A stretch of 64,000 nt of DNA, taken from positions 130,146 to 194,145 of the forward strand of contig JAJCYW010000021.1 of NCBI GenBank assembly GCA_029262675.1, given 5' to 3'. This DNA comes from Chloroflexota bacterium (GTDB lineage: Bacteria; Chloroflexota; Dehalococcoidia; DSTF01; RBG-16-68-14). Below the pieces are notes generated by a model. It worked only from the letters and a program-made list of their open reading frames with translations, searched no databases and had not been told where the DNA came from. A program made the translations under genes and the position numbers. The first letter of the stretch is position 1, and every line of letters begins with the position of its first letter. Shown piece after piece: positions 9,963-19,364 of the stretch.

Positions 9963-10099
9963 CCCTGGCTACCGAAAGCTGTCCTGCGCGCTACGCTTAC
10001 AGAACAGCCGGATGCTGCGCCTCCAGTGCTAGATCTTGCGCATTCGTAAACAATAACGCGGCCCCAATGAGGCCGCGTCGTTCTCCGTGCGATTGGCGG

Positions 10100-10846
10100 C
10101 TACTGGACCGCGATATCGATGCTCTGGATCTCTGTGTTGGCGACGAGCTGCGCCGCCACATCGAGGCCGGAAACCACCCTGCCGAAGGACGCGAACTCTT
10201 CGAACTGGGAGGAATCGTCCAGCGCGATAAAGAACTGGCTGCCGTTGGCCATGCCCAGGCTGCCGGTCTGGATCTCGCCGGTGGCGTCGTCCTCAAGATC
10301 GTAGCCGGGCCCGCCATCGCCGACGCAGTGCGTCGTGGCCGTCTCAGCGCTGCAGGCCGGATCGCCCGCCGTTGCTGAGAAGCCCGACGCGACGTGGTGG
10401 AACACTAAGCCGTCGTAGAAGTCCTCGTTCGCCAGGTAGACGAAGTTGTTGACAGTGTTGGGCGCTTGTCCTGCGAGGAGTTCGACTTCGATGTCGCCCA
10501 GCGCAGTGCGGATCGTTGCGACGTACGTCGCATCGGGATCGATCGAGAACACGGGCTGCGGCAGCGAGATCACGTCGAACTCACTATCGGGTTCCTCCGT
10601 GGCATTGGCGTTGTCGTCGGGCAGCACGAAGTTGTCTCCATTGTGGCTCGACGAGCGGAACACGTTACCACCGAATATTGTAGCCGCGCCGCCGACCGCG
10701 AGCGCCAGTGCCATGCCGATGAAGATGAACTTCACCATGTTCGCGCCGCTCAGGAATCCGAGCACTCCCGTCGGCTTCACGTCACCGGCGTAGGCGCTAC
10801 CGGCCTGGTACTTCTTTCGTCTGCGTTTGGATTGTTGGTTTGGCAT
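10100..10846 (-). CDS. Cyclophilin-type peptidyl-prolyl cis-trans isomerase, N-terminally membrane-anchored
   Basis: Basic N-terminus plus a transmembrane helix, then a cyclophilin domain (NTVNNFVYLANEDFYDGLVFHHV...GSLGMANGSQFFI). Confidence 0.75.
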   Translation of the reverse strand: MPNQQSKRRRKKYQAGSAYAGDVKPTGVLGFLSGANMVKFIFIGMALALAVGGAATIFGGNVFRSSSHNGDNFVLPDDNANATEEPDSEFDVISLPQPVFSIDPDATYVATIRTALGDIEVELLAGQAPNTVNNFVYLANEDFYDGLVFHHVASGFSATAGDPACSAETATTHCVGDGGPGYDLEDDATGEIQTGSLGMANGSQFFIALDDSSQFEEFASFGRVVSGLDVAAQLVANTEIQSIDIAVQ

Positions 10847-10995
10847 GGCTCTACTCGACTATAACAAACGGCGGGTTCCCCTGAAAGGAACGCCGATTAC
10901 AGAGAGCTCTCTGCAGGCCGCACAGAGAGCTGGTTCTATCGTACAAACGTCGCGGAGACGCGGCCGTTACCGGCGGACGCTTGCGAAAGCTGGCG

Positions 10996-11071
10996 TGGTA
11001 CCCCCGGCGGGACTCGAACCCACGCTTCCGGCTTCGGAGGCCGGCACTCTATCCAACTGAGCTACGGGGGC
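10996..11071 (-). tRNA. tRNA-Arg (anticodon CCG)
   Basis: The reverse complement reads GCCCCCGTAGCTCAGTTGGATAGAGTGCCGGCCTCCGAAGCCGGAAGCGTGGGTTCGAGTCCCGCCGGGGGTACCA. It has a cloverleaf with a 7-bp acceptor stem, a TTCGAGT T-loop, an encoded CCA, and anticodon loop CU-CCG-AA. Confidence 0.85.
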
Positions 11072-11268
11072 AGCCGCTGGCATGGTATCGGCCGCTGTAG
11101 TGCGGCGGCAAGCGGCTGCCCGTCCGGCTTCGCCGACCGGGCAGCTTGCGGTAGCCTGCGGCTACTCGGCGGGTATTTCAGCGGCCGCGCAGTGGCGTAT
11201 TGCGCTCACAGAACAGCTCGTGTTGGAACAGACGCTGCCGCCGGCTAGCGTCGGCTGAACGTACTCGG

Positions 11269-11297
11269 TTGACATGGACTCGAAGCGATCTTCATAC
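11269..11297 (+). promoter_or_regulatory. Candidate leuS promoter (TTGACA-N17-TCATAC)
   Basis: Consensus -35 and a weak -10 about 55 nt upstream of the leuS ATG. Confidence 0.25.
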
Positions 11298-11353
11298 TGG
11301 GACGAACTTCCAAGCGCGCAGATTGGCAACATAAGAGCAGCGGCAGGAGCGGC

Positions 11354-13777
11354 ATGGCAACGTACAATCACGCTGAGATCGAGGCGAAGTGGAGCGCGCG
11401 CTGGGCGGAGACGGGCATCTACGAAACCGATGTCCGCACCGCGACGCGCCCCTTCTATAACCTGCTGATGTTCCCCTACCCGTCTGCGGAGGGACTTCAC
11501 ATTGGCAACATGTTCGCGTTTACGGGCGTCGACATCTTCGGCCGGCTGAAGGCGATGCAGGGCGAAGACGTCTTCGAACCGATCGGCTTCGATGCGTTCG
11601 GCATGCACAGCGAGAACTTCGCGCTGAAGCAGAACGTCCACCCTAGTGAGCTGGTACCGAACAACATCCGCAATTTCCGCCAGCAGCTCAAGTCGATGGG
11701 CGGGCGCTTCGCCTGGAGCCACGAGGTCGATACAACCCACCCCACCTACTATCGCTGGACGCAGTGGATCTTCGTGCAGCTCTTCAAGCACGGCCTGGCG
11801 GAGAAGCGCCTGGCGCCCGTCACCTGGTGCCCCTCCTGCATGACCGTGCTGGCAGATGAGCAGGTGATCAACGGGGAGTGCGAGCGTTGCAGCACGGAGG
11901 TGACCCACCGCGATCTGGAGCAGTGGTTCTTCAAGATCACAGATTTCGCCGACCGGCTGCTCTCCAACTTGGACGAGATCGACTGGACGCCGCTGATCAA
12001 GACCGCCCAGCGCAACTGGATCGGCCGCAGCGAAGGCCTGGAGACGGCGTTCCCTGTCGAGAACTCCAGCGAGTCGATCACGTTCTTCACGACGCGGCCG
12101 GACACGATCTACGGCGTCACGTTCATGGTGCTGGCCCCGGAACACCCGCTGGTGGACCAGATCGCGACCAGCGAGCAGCGAGAGGTCGTCGTCCAGTACG
12201 TAGCCGAGGCAATGAAGAAGACCGCCATTGACCGCCAGTCGATGGAGCGGAGTGGCGTCTTCACGGGGGCGTTTGCGACAAACCCGCTCAACGGCGACCG
12301 CGTGCCGATCTGGGTCGGCGACTACGTGCTGAGCACTGTCGGCACCGGCGCGATCATGGCTGTCCCCGCCCACGATACGCGCGACTTCGATTTCGCAAAG
12401 CGCTTCGACCTACCGATTCGCGTCGTCGTCGCTCCGCCGGACTGGCACGGCGCAGCTCTGGAAGACGCCTATACCGAGAGCGGCACAGTCGTCAACTCCG
12501 GTGAGTTCGACGGCATGGAGAACGAAGCCGCCGCAGCGGCCGTGATCGAGAAGCTGGAGAAGGATGGCGCCGGCAGCCGCCAGGTGCGTTTCCGCCTACG
12601 CGACTGGCTGATCTCACGACAACGCTACTGGGGCACACCGATTCCCATCATCCACTGCAAAACCTGTGGCCCAATTGCCGTGCCAGAGAGCGACCTGCCG
12701 GTTGAACTGCCGTACGTCGAGGATTTCCGCCCGACAGGGACGGATCAGTCGCCGCTCGCGTCCCTGCCGGAGTTCGTCAACGTCGACTGCCCCGAATGCG
12801 GAAAGCCGGCCCGCCGCGAGACAGATGTCTGCGACAACTTCCTGGACTCCGCCTGGTACTTCTTCCGCTACCCTTCGACGGGCAACGATGAGGCGCCTTT
12901 TGAACCGGAGCTGACGAAGCGCTGGCTGCCGGTGCATAACTACATCGGCGGCAAGGAGCATGCGGTGCTCCATCTGCTCTACACGCGATTCATCACGATG
13001 GCCCTGCACGAGATGGGCTTCATCGACTTCGAAGAGCCGTTCCGCAAGTTCCGCGCCCACGGGCTGCTGATCCTAGAAGGCGCCAAGATGAGTAAGTCGC
13101 GGGGCAACGTCGTCAACCCGGATACGTACATCGCTTCCCACGGCGCGGACACGCTGCGGACCTACCTCATGTTCTCCGGCCGCTACGAGGAAGGCGGGGA
13201 CTTTTCGGACTCCGGCATCGAGGGCGTCGCGCGGTTCCTCCAGCGCGTGCGGGATGTCTGCGAACGGTTCGTTGCGCAAGCCGGCGACGGCGAGCCGATG
13301 TCGCAGGAGGCGCAGCAGACGATGCACCGCGCGATCAAGAAGGTCGGTGCCGACATCGAGGAGTTGAAGTTCAACACCGCCATCGCAGCGCTGATGGAGT
13401 ACAGTCACGAGCTCCAGAAGCGGCCGTCGTTGAACAAGGACGAGGTGTCGATCTTCCTCAAACTGTTGGCGCCATTCGCGCCGTTCGTGACGGAGGAGCT
13501 CTGGGAGCAGATCGGACAGCCGTACTCCATCCACAACAGCGCCTGGCCCATAGCGGATGAAACGCTCGCCAAGCTGCAGGAGGTCTCGATCGCCGTCCAG
13601 ATCGACGGCCGCACGCGAGATGTCATCGAGATCGAGGCCGGTAGCGGTGAAGACGCTGCAGTCGCGGCGGCGAAGGCTTCGAAGAAGGTGCAGCGCCACC
13701 TGGAAGATGGCGCGATTGTGAAGACGATCTACGTGCCTGACAGGATGGTCAACTTCGTCACGTCAGGCAAGAAGTAG
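11354..13777 (+). CDS. leuS: Leucine--tRNA ligase (bacterial type)
   Basis: FYNLLMFPYPSAEGLHIGN HIGH region, KMSKS (GAKMSKSRGNVV), 807 aa. Confidence 0.95.
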   Translation: MATYNHAEIEAKWSARWAETGIYETDVRTATRPFYNLLMFPYPSAEGLHIGNMFAFTGVDIFGRLKAMQGEDVFEPIGFDAFGMHSENFALKQNVHPSELVPNNIRNFRQQLKSMGGRFAWSHEVDTTHPTYYRWTQWIFVQLFKHGLAEKRLAPVTWCPSCMTVLADEQVINGECERCSTEVTHRDLEQWFFKITDFADRLLSNLDEIDWTPLIKTAQRNWIGRSEGLETAFPVENSSESITFFTTRPDTIYGVTFMVLAPEHPLVDQIATSEQREVVVQYVAEAMKKTAIDRQSMERSGVFTGAFATNPLNGDRVPIWVGDYVLSTVGTGAIMAVPAHDTRDFDFAKRFDLPIRVVVAPPDWHGAALEDAYTESGTVVNSGEFDGMENEAAAAAVIEKLEKDGAGSRQVRFRLRDWLISRQRYWGTPIPIIHCKTCGPIAVPESDLPVELPYVEDFRPTGTDQSPLASLPEFVNVDCPECGKPARRETDVCDNFLDSAWYFFRYPSTGNDEAPFEPELTKRWLPVHNYIGGKEHAVLHLLYTRFITMALHEMGFIDFEEPFRKFRAHGLLILEGAKMSKSRGNVVNPDTYIASHGADTLRTYLMFSGRYEEGGDFSDSGIEGVARFLQRVRDVCERFVAQAGDGEPMSQEAQQTMHRAIKKVGADIEELKFNTAIAALMEYSHELQKRPSLNKDEVSIFLKLLAPFAPFVTEELWEQIGQPYSIHNSAWPIADETLAKLQEVSIAVQIDGRTRDVIEIEAGSGEDAAVAAAKASKKVQRHLEDGAIVKTIYVPDRMVNFVTSGKK

Positions 13778-13799
13778 CCGCAAGTGCCACGCACCTGCC

Positions 13800-14237
13800 C
13801 TAGGCAACGCAGAGCGACACGGTGACGTCCTTCTCCGTGAATGAGGAGTGGCGGTTGTCGAAGTCGAATCTATAATTGCCGCGAACCGTCCCGACAACCT
13901 CAAACTCAAGCTCGTGGGCACGATCGGTCTCGAACTGGACGACGCGGTTGGTCGGCGACCAGATGCTGAAGCCGATGTCCTGGCTATCGTTACCGGAGAC
14001 GCTGAACGTACCCGAGATCGTCTTGCCCTTCGGCACGTTGTAGAGCCACTGGCCCAGCGACCGTGCCTTAACAGAGAAGCCGATGTCTCCGCACTGTTGG
14101 CCGCCAGCCGTCGCCGCCAGCTCTGGCGCTCCGCCCAAGGTGACCGTCGCCGTTCCCAACTGACGATACATCAAGTAGCCCACGGACGCGCCCGCCGCCA
14201 GGATGGCGAACAGCGTAATCACGATCAGCTTCTGCAC
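13800..14237 (-). CDS. Hypothetical secreted or membrane-anchored small protein (N-terminal hydrophobic helix, beta-rich C-terminus)
   Basis: MQKLIVITLFAILAAGASVGYLMY... It is the last gene of the co-directional archaellum block. No family assigned. Confidence 0.35.
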   Translation of the reverse strand: MQKLIVITLFAILAAGASVGYLMYRQLGTATVTLGGAPELAATAGGQQCGDIGFSVKARSLGQWLYNVPKGKTISGTFSVSGNDSQDIGFSIWSPTNRVVQFETDRAHELEFEVVGTVRGNYRFDFDNRHSSFTEKDVTVSLCVA

Positions 14238-14340
14238 AGCGCGCTCCCTTACGCGTACTCCCTACGAGTACGCAAGCTCCGTAGGTGTATCCCCTACGTA
14301 TGTTCGGCAAGGCAGCGGGCATGCTTGAGGTTACGTCATG

Positions 14341-15507
14341 TTATGGCAAGTAGTCGAGCGGGTTGCGCCGCACCCCTCCCGCGATCAACTCGAAGTGGAG
14401 GTGCGTTCCGGTGCTGTATCCCGTGGAGCCGACGACACCCAGCGGCTCACCCTGGTGGACGCTCTGGCCGCTGGAGACGGCGAGCTGGCTTAAGTGCCCG
14501 TAGAGCGTCGTCATGCCAGACGGCGCGACGAGGATTACGTAGCGCCCGTACGAGCAACACGGGTCGCCCCCGGCAAACAGGACCACACCATCGTGCGCGG
14601 CCAACACGGGCGTACCGGGAGCCATCGTTTGGTCGACATCGATGCCGAGCGGGTGTGCGGCAGAGAAGTACGACGAGATCGGCCCGACCACGGGCCAGAC
14701 CAGGTCGTTGGTGGCGCCCGCTTCGAGGTCGAGGACCGAGTTGGGGTAACCATAGGTGGCAGCAAACGAGAGCACCTGGGCTACGTACGGCCAGGAGTGA
14801 TTATACGTGTAGATTCCTTGCCGCACGTCGACGTCCGCTCCGGCGTCCAGCAGAAAGCGGCCCATGGCCGGGATCGCGTCGCGGAAGTCGTAGGGGTCGC
14901 CACCCTCGCCGAAGGTCTCCCAGCTAGACGGCAGGAACTGGCCGTAGCCGATGGCGCCCGCCCAGCTCGTCGACATGTTGCGGCCGAGGTCGCTCTCAAC
15001 CTTGGCTATCGCCGCGAAAAGCTGCCACGGCAGACCAGTCTCCTGACTGACCTGGAGCATGACAGCGAGCTGATCGACAGGAATATCGAGTCCGCCCGAA
15101 CCAAGCGCCGATACGGTGATGCTGCCCGGCCGCAGGCTGAGGACGGGCCAGACGCGCGCGTTCGTCGAGAGGTCGCCGCGACCGCTACCTCCAACAGAAG
15201 AGCCAGGCCCCACGGCCAACGCACCTTCCGGCACCGCATAGTGCAGGACCACCGTCGGTGTGGGCGGACCACCGTCGCCGTCGCCGCCGAGGACAGCGTC
15301 TGCCGCGTCGCCGTCGTCGTCCGCGCCACCGGCGTCCGTGCGCACATCGCCGGACGCGGCGTCATCGCCCTCCACTGGCGCAACCTCCGACGCCGGCGCA
15401 CCGATATAGCCCACGAAGTCCGACCTCGCGGCGTAGGCCGAGACGGCTACGGCGGCGAGTCCTATCAAGAGGGTCGCTGCGATGATGGCGCGCGTGAAAA
15501 GAGACAT
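14341..15507 (-). CDS. Bifunctional peptidoglycan hydrolase: SLT-domain lytic transglycosylase fused to an M23 (LytM) metallopeptidase
   Basis: SLT motifs (AIAKVESDLGRNMSTSWAGAIGYGQFLPSSW), then C-terminal M23 motifs (GTPVLAAHDGVV...YGRYVIL...HLS...GSTGYSTGTHLHFEL). The start is set at MSLFTRAII (ATG 15505-15507), which has a signal-like transmembrane segment. The track start at 15597 adds an Arg/Pro-rich extension. Confidence 0.75.
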   Translation of the reverse strand: MSLFTRAIIAATLLIGLAAVAVSAYAARSDFVGYIGAPASEVAPVEGDDAASGDVRTDAGGADDDGDAADAVLGGDGDGGPPTPTVVLHYAVPEGALAVGPGSSVGGSGRGDLSTNARVWPVLSLRPGSITVSALGSGGLDIPVDQLAVMLQVSQETGLPWQLFAAIAKVESDLGRNMSTSWAGAIGYGQFLPSSWETFGEGGDPYDFRDAIPAMGRFLLDAGADVDVRQGIYTYNHSWPYVAQVLSFAATYGYPNSVLDLEAGATNDLVWPVVGPISSYFSAAHPLGIDVDQTMAPGTPVLAAHDGVVLFAGGDPCCSYGRYVILVAPSGMTTLYGHLSQLAVSSGQSVHQGEPLGVVGSTGYSTGTHLHFELIAGGVRRNPLDYLP

Positions 15508-15538
15508 GAGATCGATTATCGCCTGAGCCGTTGCCGAC

Positions 15539-16045
15539 CTAGGCCGCGACGTCCTCGTCTTCCGCGGACGTGGCGGGCAGCATGGCGCGGATCTCACGCA
15601 GCTGTTCGGCGAGTTCGTTTATCGGCACGTCTTCGATGCCTTCCGTCAGGCTGGTCAGTTCTGTAGACACAACGCCTACCTCGAACGCGGAGAGCGGGTC
15701 GTCGTCAGCGGCTTCTTCGACCGGCGGCTCGTTGGCCAACTCGTCGGCCTCAGCTAGAGGACTCTCGGGCTCCGCAGCCTCGTCCGCCAGTTCCGCGTCA
15801 AGAGCGTCAGCTTCCGGTGCCAGACTCGGCTCAACTTCGCTAGATGCCGATTCCGCATCGATTGCCCGGGGCAGCGCGCTCTGCTGGGTCCGCAGGTCCG
15901 GCTTGGCGCTGGCCGTGCCTGGCTCGGCCGCAGCGCCCGTGGGCATCAGCAACCCCTCATCTTCGCTAACGTCGGCCAGCGACGCGTCTGCGCCATCCTC
16001 CGAACCCTCATCGTTGCCTTTCTTGAACCGTGATAACAGTCGCAT
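15539..16045 (-). CDS. Highly acidic low-complexity protein (Asp/Glu/Ala-rich), unknown function
   Basis: ORF immediately downstream of the FlaJ-like gene (2-nt gap). No recognisable domain. Confidence 0.35.
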   Translation of the reverse strand: MRLLSRFKKGNDEGSEDGADASLADVSEDEGLLMPTGAAAEPGTASAKPDLRTQQSALPRAIDAESASSEVEPSLAPEADALDAELADEAAEPESPLAEADELANEPPVEEAADDDPLSAFEVGVVSTELTSLTEGIEDVPINELAEQLREIRAMLPATSAEDEDVAA

Positions 16046-16046
16046 G

Positions 16047-17657
16047 CTACGGGCCTCCTGACGGGATCGTGGACGCGCCGGGCGCGACCGGATTAGTGGC
16101 GATGCTGTCGAAGATAGAGCCGACGAGTGATGGAATGATGAGGAACGCCACGCCGGAGATCATCATCATCACTGCCGCATAAAGGCAGAGCTTCATCCGA
16201 TGACCGCCGACGGCTGCGTACGGCGCGAAGCTGTTGGCGGCCGTCAGCATCAGCGCGACCGTCGCAACGAACACAGGAATGAACTCCAGCGATGAGAACT
16301 GAAATAGCAGCACATCGCCCACGCCGGCTTCGGTAGTGATGCCGCCTTCCAGGCTCTCCTGCTGGGCCTTGCCGATCTCTCCGCCAAAGACCTGCACGAC
16401 CTCCGTGATGAACAACAGGATGCCCATCAGAACGGCGTGCATCGGCACTGCCACGAAACTGAACGTCGTCGCGACCATCTTCCTGTCCGCGCGCAGAAGC
16501 CAAATCTTCATCGCAAACTCCGAGGCGAGCGTCGAGACTTTTTCGGTATCGCCGCCGACGCGGACTCCGTCCCAAAACACACGCACGCAACGAACGACGA
16601 GGTCACTGCCGGTCTCAGACGCAAGGCGCAACCAACACAAGTCTGGCGAGATGCCGTTCTTCAGCCGCACGTAGAGCCTGTGCACGTCCGGTTCCAGTGA
16701 CCCGAGCGAACGGCGATTGAGGCGGCTTAGACCGTCGGTTGCCGTAATACCCGCCGATGACATCACGCCACCCAGTCCGCGTATGAACGCGGAGATGTCA
16801 CGGTCGTAGCCATCGATTCTCCAATCGTCCATTATCGCCAGTACGCCGACCGGGGCGATGAAGACGGCTCCGGCTAGCAGCGCATACGGCATGCCCAACA
16901 TCCGGCCCGCGCCACAGCCCGCGATGACGGCGGCCGGGATCAAGAACTTCGCGGTCCGATCAATGCGGCGCTGTTCTTTCGATTTCTGCTTGAGGCTGTG
17001 AGTTTTCACTTCGACAGGCGCTACCGTGTAGATCAGCCAGCCGCCGACAAAGGTGACGCAGATCATCAGCCCCGTAAGGCCGACGATCGTAATCGGGCTA
17101 AACGGGTAGATCATCATCGACACCAGCGAGATGACGACGACGAGCGTTGCGGAGACCATCAGCGCGACGTAGGCATCCGACCACTTCTGGAGCGATTCGA
17201 TTTTGCGGCCGTACTCCTTGCCAAACATCTCGCGTTGGAGAGCCGACTCTCGCATCAGAAAGGCCTCTTCCTTCTCCCCGGAGGAGAGGGACGTGGCGAA
17301 GTGGAGGAGCAGGTTGCGCACGCTATCGACCTTGATCCGGTCTGCGACTACTTCGCAGGCGCGCGAGTAGTCGTAGTTCAGCCGCTGCGCGACGAGATGC
17401 ACTTGGCGGAAGAACTTCGAAGTGCTGTACGAAAGGCTGGACGTGCCTTCGAAGAGCGACGTCCGGCTCATGCCCGACGTCGACACCGCCGACATGTGCG
17501 TGAGCTGCGTCAGCAGGTCGTAGTCGAGCGGTTCGCGGCTGAGCAGCCGGTCGAGGTCGATCCTGCGAGAGAGCCCCGACTCGCTGGCGACCACCTGCTC
17601 TACTACGTCAGACGAGTCCTTGTCGTTGGGCTTTACTGAAGACTTGGTAGAGGTCAT
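16047..17657 (-). CDS. arlJ: Archaellum assembly polytopic membrane protein FlaJ/ArlJ-like (two fused T2SS-F/TadC-like domains)
   Basis: 536 aa, at least 7 predicted transmembrane helices, two repeated GspF/TadC-like cytoplasmic domains in one polypeptide (archaeal FlaJ architecture; bacterial TadB/TadC are separate). It follows the FlaI-like ATPase. Confidence 0.65.
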   Translation of the reverse strand: MTSTKSSVKPNDKDSSDVVEQVVASESGLSRRIDLDRLLSREPLDYDLLTQLTHMSAVSTSGMSRTSLFEGTSSLSYSTSKFFRQVHLVAQRLNYDYSRACEVVADRIKVDSVRNLLLHFATSLSSGEKEEAFLMRESALQREMFGKEYGRKIESLQKWSDAYVALMVSATLVVVISLVSMMIYPFSPITIVGLTGLMICVTFVGGWLIYTVAPVEVKTHSLKQKSKEQRRIDRTAKFLIPAAVIAGCGAGRMLGMPYALLAGAVFIAPVGVLAIMDDWRIDGYDRDISAFIRGLGGVMSSAGITATDGLSRLNRRSLGSLEPDVHRLYVRLKNGISPDLCWLRLASETGSDLVVRCVRVFWDGVRVGGDTEKVSTLASEFAMKIWLLRADRKMVATTFSFVAVPMHAVLMGILLFITEVVQVFGGEIGKAQQESLEGGITTEAGVGDVLLFQFSSLEFIPVFVATVALMLTAANSFAPYAAVGGHRMKLCLYAAVMMMISGVAFLIIPSLVGSIFDSIATNPVAPGASTIPSGGP

Positions 17658-19347
17658 AGAAGTTCGTGACGTCCTGTTCCTTCAGGCGTTCAAACAACGC
17701 CGCTCTGCGCTCCAGTTCCTGGTAGATCATGCGCTTGTTCTCGGGCGAAAGGCCACGCTTCGGGGCCAATTGGTTCTCCAGCAGGTAGCTGTTCATGTTT
17801 CCCGTGAACTCGTGGACGTCCGTCGCGGAGTTCCAGCGGAACGACTCGACGAACGCAAAGGAATCGCTCGCCTTGTCGTACGCGACGAGCTCGTTGACGC
17901 TGATGATGCGGCGGCCGGGCTTGCCATTGGGCAGGCGCACGGCGCTGCAGATGATTGCCAGGTTGAGGTTATCGACGTAGACTTTCGGCACGTTGATCGG
18001 GCTACCGGTGAGACGCTGGATCAGTTTCTCCACAGTCGATGCGTGGAACGTCGCCATCACAGGGTGGCCCGTCTGCATCGCCTGGAACGCGATCGCCCCC
18101 TCCTCACCACGGATCTCACCGATAACGATTAGGTTGGGACGCTGACGAAGAGCGGCCTTCAGCAACCCGAACATCGTGACCCCGCCGTCTCCTTCCGACA
18201 ACGACCCGCGGACGACCTCCCGAATCCAGTTCGGGTGGGGCACCTGGAACTCCGGCGTGTCCTCGATACTGACGATCTTGGCGTCCGGCGGCACAAAAGC
18301 GGCCAGGGCGTTCAGCAGCGTCGTCTTGCCGGACGCGGTTTCGCCGGAGACAAAGGCGTTCATGCCCGCGCCGATCATCATCGTCAGATAGGCCGCCATC
18401 GTGTAGTCCATAGCGCCGAAATTGATCAGCTCTATCAGGCTGATGGGCGTCTCCTGAAACTTTCGAATGGTGAAGTTGCTGCCGGATCTTGAGACGTCCG
18501 ACCCAAAGACGATGTTGATTCGAGAGCCGTCCAGCAGCGTCGCGTCGACGATCGGGTTGCGGTACGTCACCGGCTTACCGATCCGTTCCGCCAGGCGGAG
18601 GACGAATTCGTCCAGCTCGTCGTGCGTCTCCCACGTGATGTTGCTCTTGAGGCCATCGAAGATCTTGTGCTCGATGAAAACCGAACCGAGGCCGCTACAG
18701 CTAATGTCCTCAATGTTGGGGTCACGCAGAAGGGGCTCCAGCGCGCCCATGTGGAGCTTGTCGCGGATCAACACGTACTTCAGGGCCGCCATCTCTGCAC
18801 TGGTGACCTTGATTGGGCCGGCCGAGTCTGCCCCGGAGCCCTTCTTCATGAATCCGAGCAGGCCCCCGCCACCGTCCCGCTTCTTGCCGTCACCGTCTGT
18901 GACGGCGCAGTTCTCATCAACGGCGCGCAACAGGACCTCCGCTTTCTGCTCGTCCGTCTCCGCCGCCGAGAGCTCTTCGACGTAATCGAGGAGGCGCTGA
19001 TCCATCGCCTCGAGGATCGCGTGTAGGTTCTCGAGCATCGCCGGCTCGATCGAGATGTAGAAGTCGCGGGAGTCTTCGGGATCCGGGCAGATGTGGACGA
19101 AGAGTTCTTCGTTGACGCGGTAGATTAGGTTCTTGTTCTCTAAGTCTGCCAGTTTGCGGCTCGCCTCTGGAAAGTACTCGGGAACTCCCACGTCCTTGAT
19201 CGGCACCTGGTGCAGGTAGTGCATCAGGTGCGGGGCGTTCTCCGCCTGTTGCTGAAGCTCGTCCGGAAGCAGGCTCTTAACCGAGCAGTTGGACCCGCCA
19301 CAGTCCTCGGTGCCGGATTCCGGATCGACGGCAAACGGTAGCGCCAT
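17608..19347 (-). CDS. arlI: Archaellum/type IV filament secretion ATPase FlaI/ArlI-like (VirB11/GspE superfamily)
   Basis: Walker A GETASGKTTLLNAL, SIEDTPE Asp box, Walker B LIVIGEIRGEE, His box TFHAS, and a long FlaI-like N-terminal domain. 579 aa. Confidence 0.8.
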   Translation of the reverse strand: MALPFAVDPESGTEDCGGSNCSVKSLLPDELQQQAENAPHLMHYLHQVPIKDVGVPEYFPEASRKLADLENKNLIYRVNEELFVHICPDPEDSRDFYISIEPAMLENLHAILEAMDQRLLDYVEELSAAETDEQKAEVLLRAVDENCAVTDGDGKKRDGGGGLLGFMKKGSGADSAGPIKVTSAEMAALKYVLIRDKLHMGALEPLLRDPNIEDISCSGLGSVFIEHKIFDGLKSNITWETHDELDEFVLRLAERIGKPVTYRNPIVDATLLDGSRINIVFGSDVSRSGSNFTIRKFQETPISLIELINFGAMDYTMAAYLTMMIGAGMNAFVSGETASGKTTLLNALAAFVPPDAKIVSIEDTPEFQVPHPNWIREVVRGSLSEGDGGVTMFGLLKAALRQRPNLIVIGEIRGEEGAIAFQAMQTGHPVMATFHASTVEKLIQRLTGSPINVPKVYVDNLNLAIICSAVRLPNGKPGRRIISVNELVAYDKASDSFAFVESFRWNSATDVHEFTGNMNSYLLENQLAPKRGLSPENKRMIYQELERRAALFERLKEQDVTNFYDLYQVFSKAQRQGLV

Positions 19348-19364
19348 GACGCCCTAACGCTCCC

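Noticed and set aside
11072-11353. T-box leader upstream of leuS
   Set aside because: No T-box consensus (AATTAGGGTGGTACCGCG-like) or specifier/antiterminator arrangement was found. The region appears to be a divergent promoter spacer shared with the tRNA-Arg gene.
11162-12373. 403-aa minus-strand ORF
   Set aside because: Antisense to leuS, with no motifs and low-complexity content.
14494-15666. 390-aa plus-strand ORF
   Set aside because: Antisense to the SLT/M23 hydrolase gene and Arg-rich low complexity.
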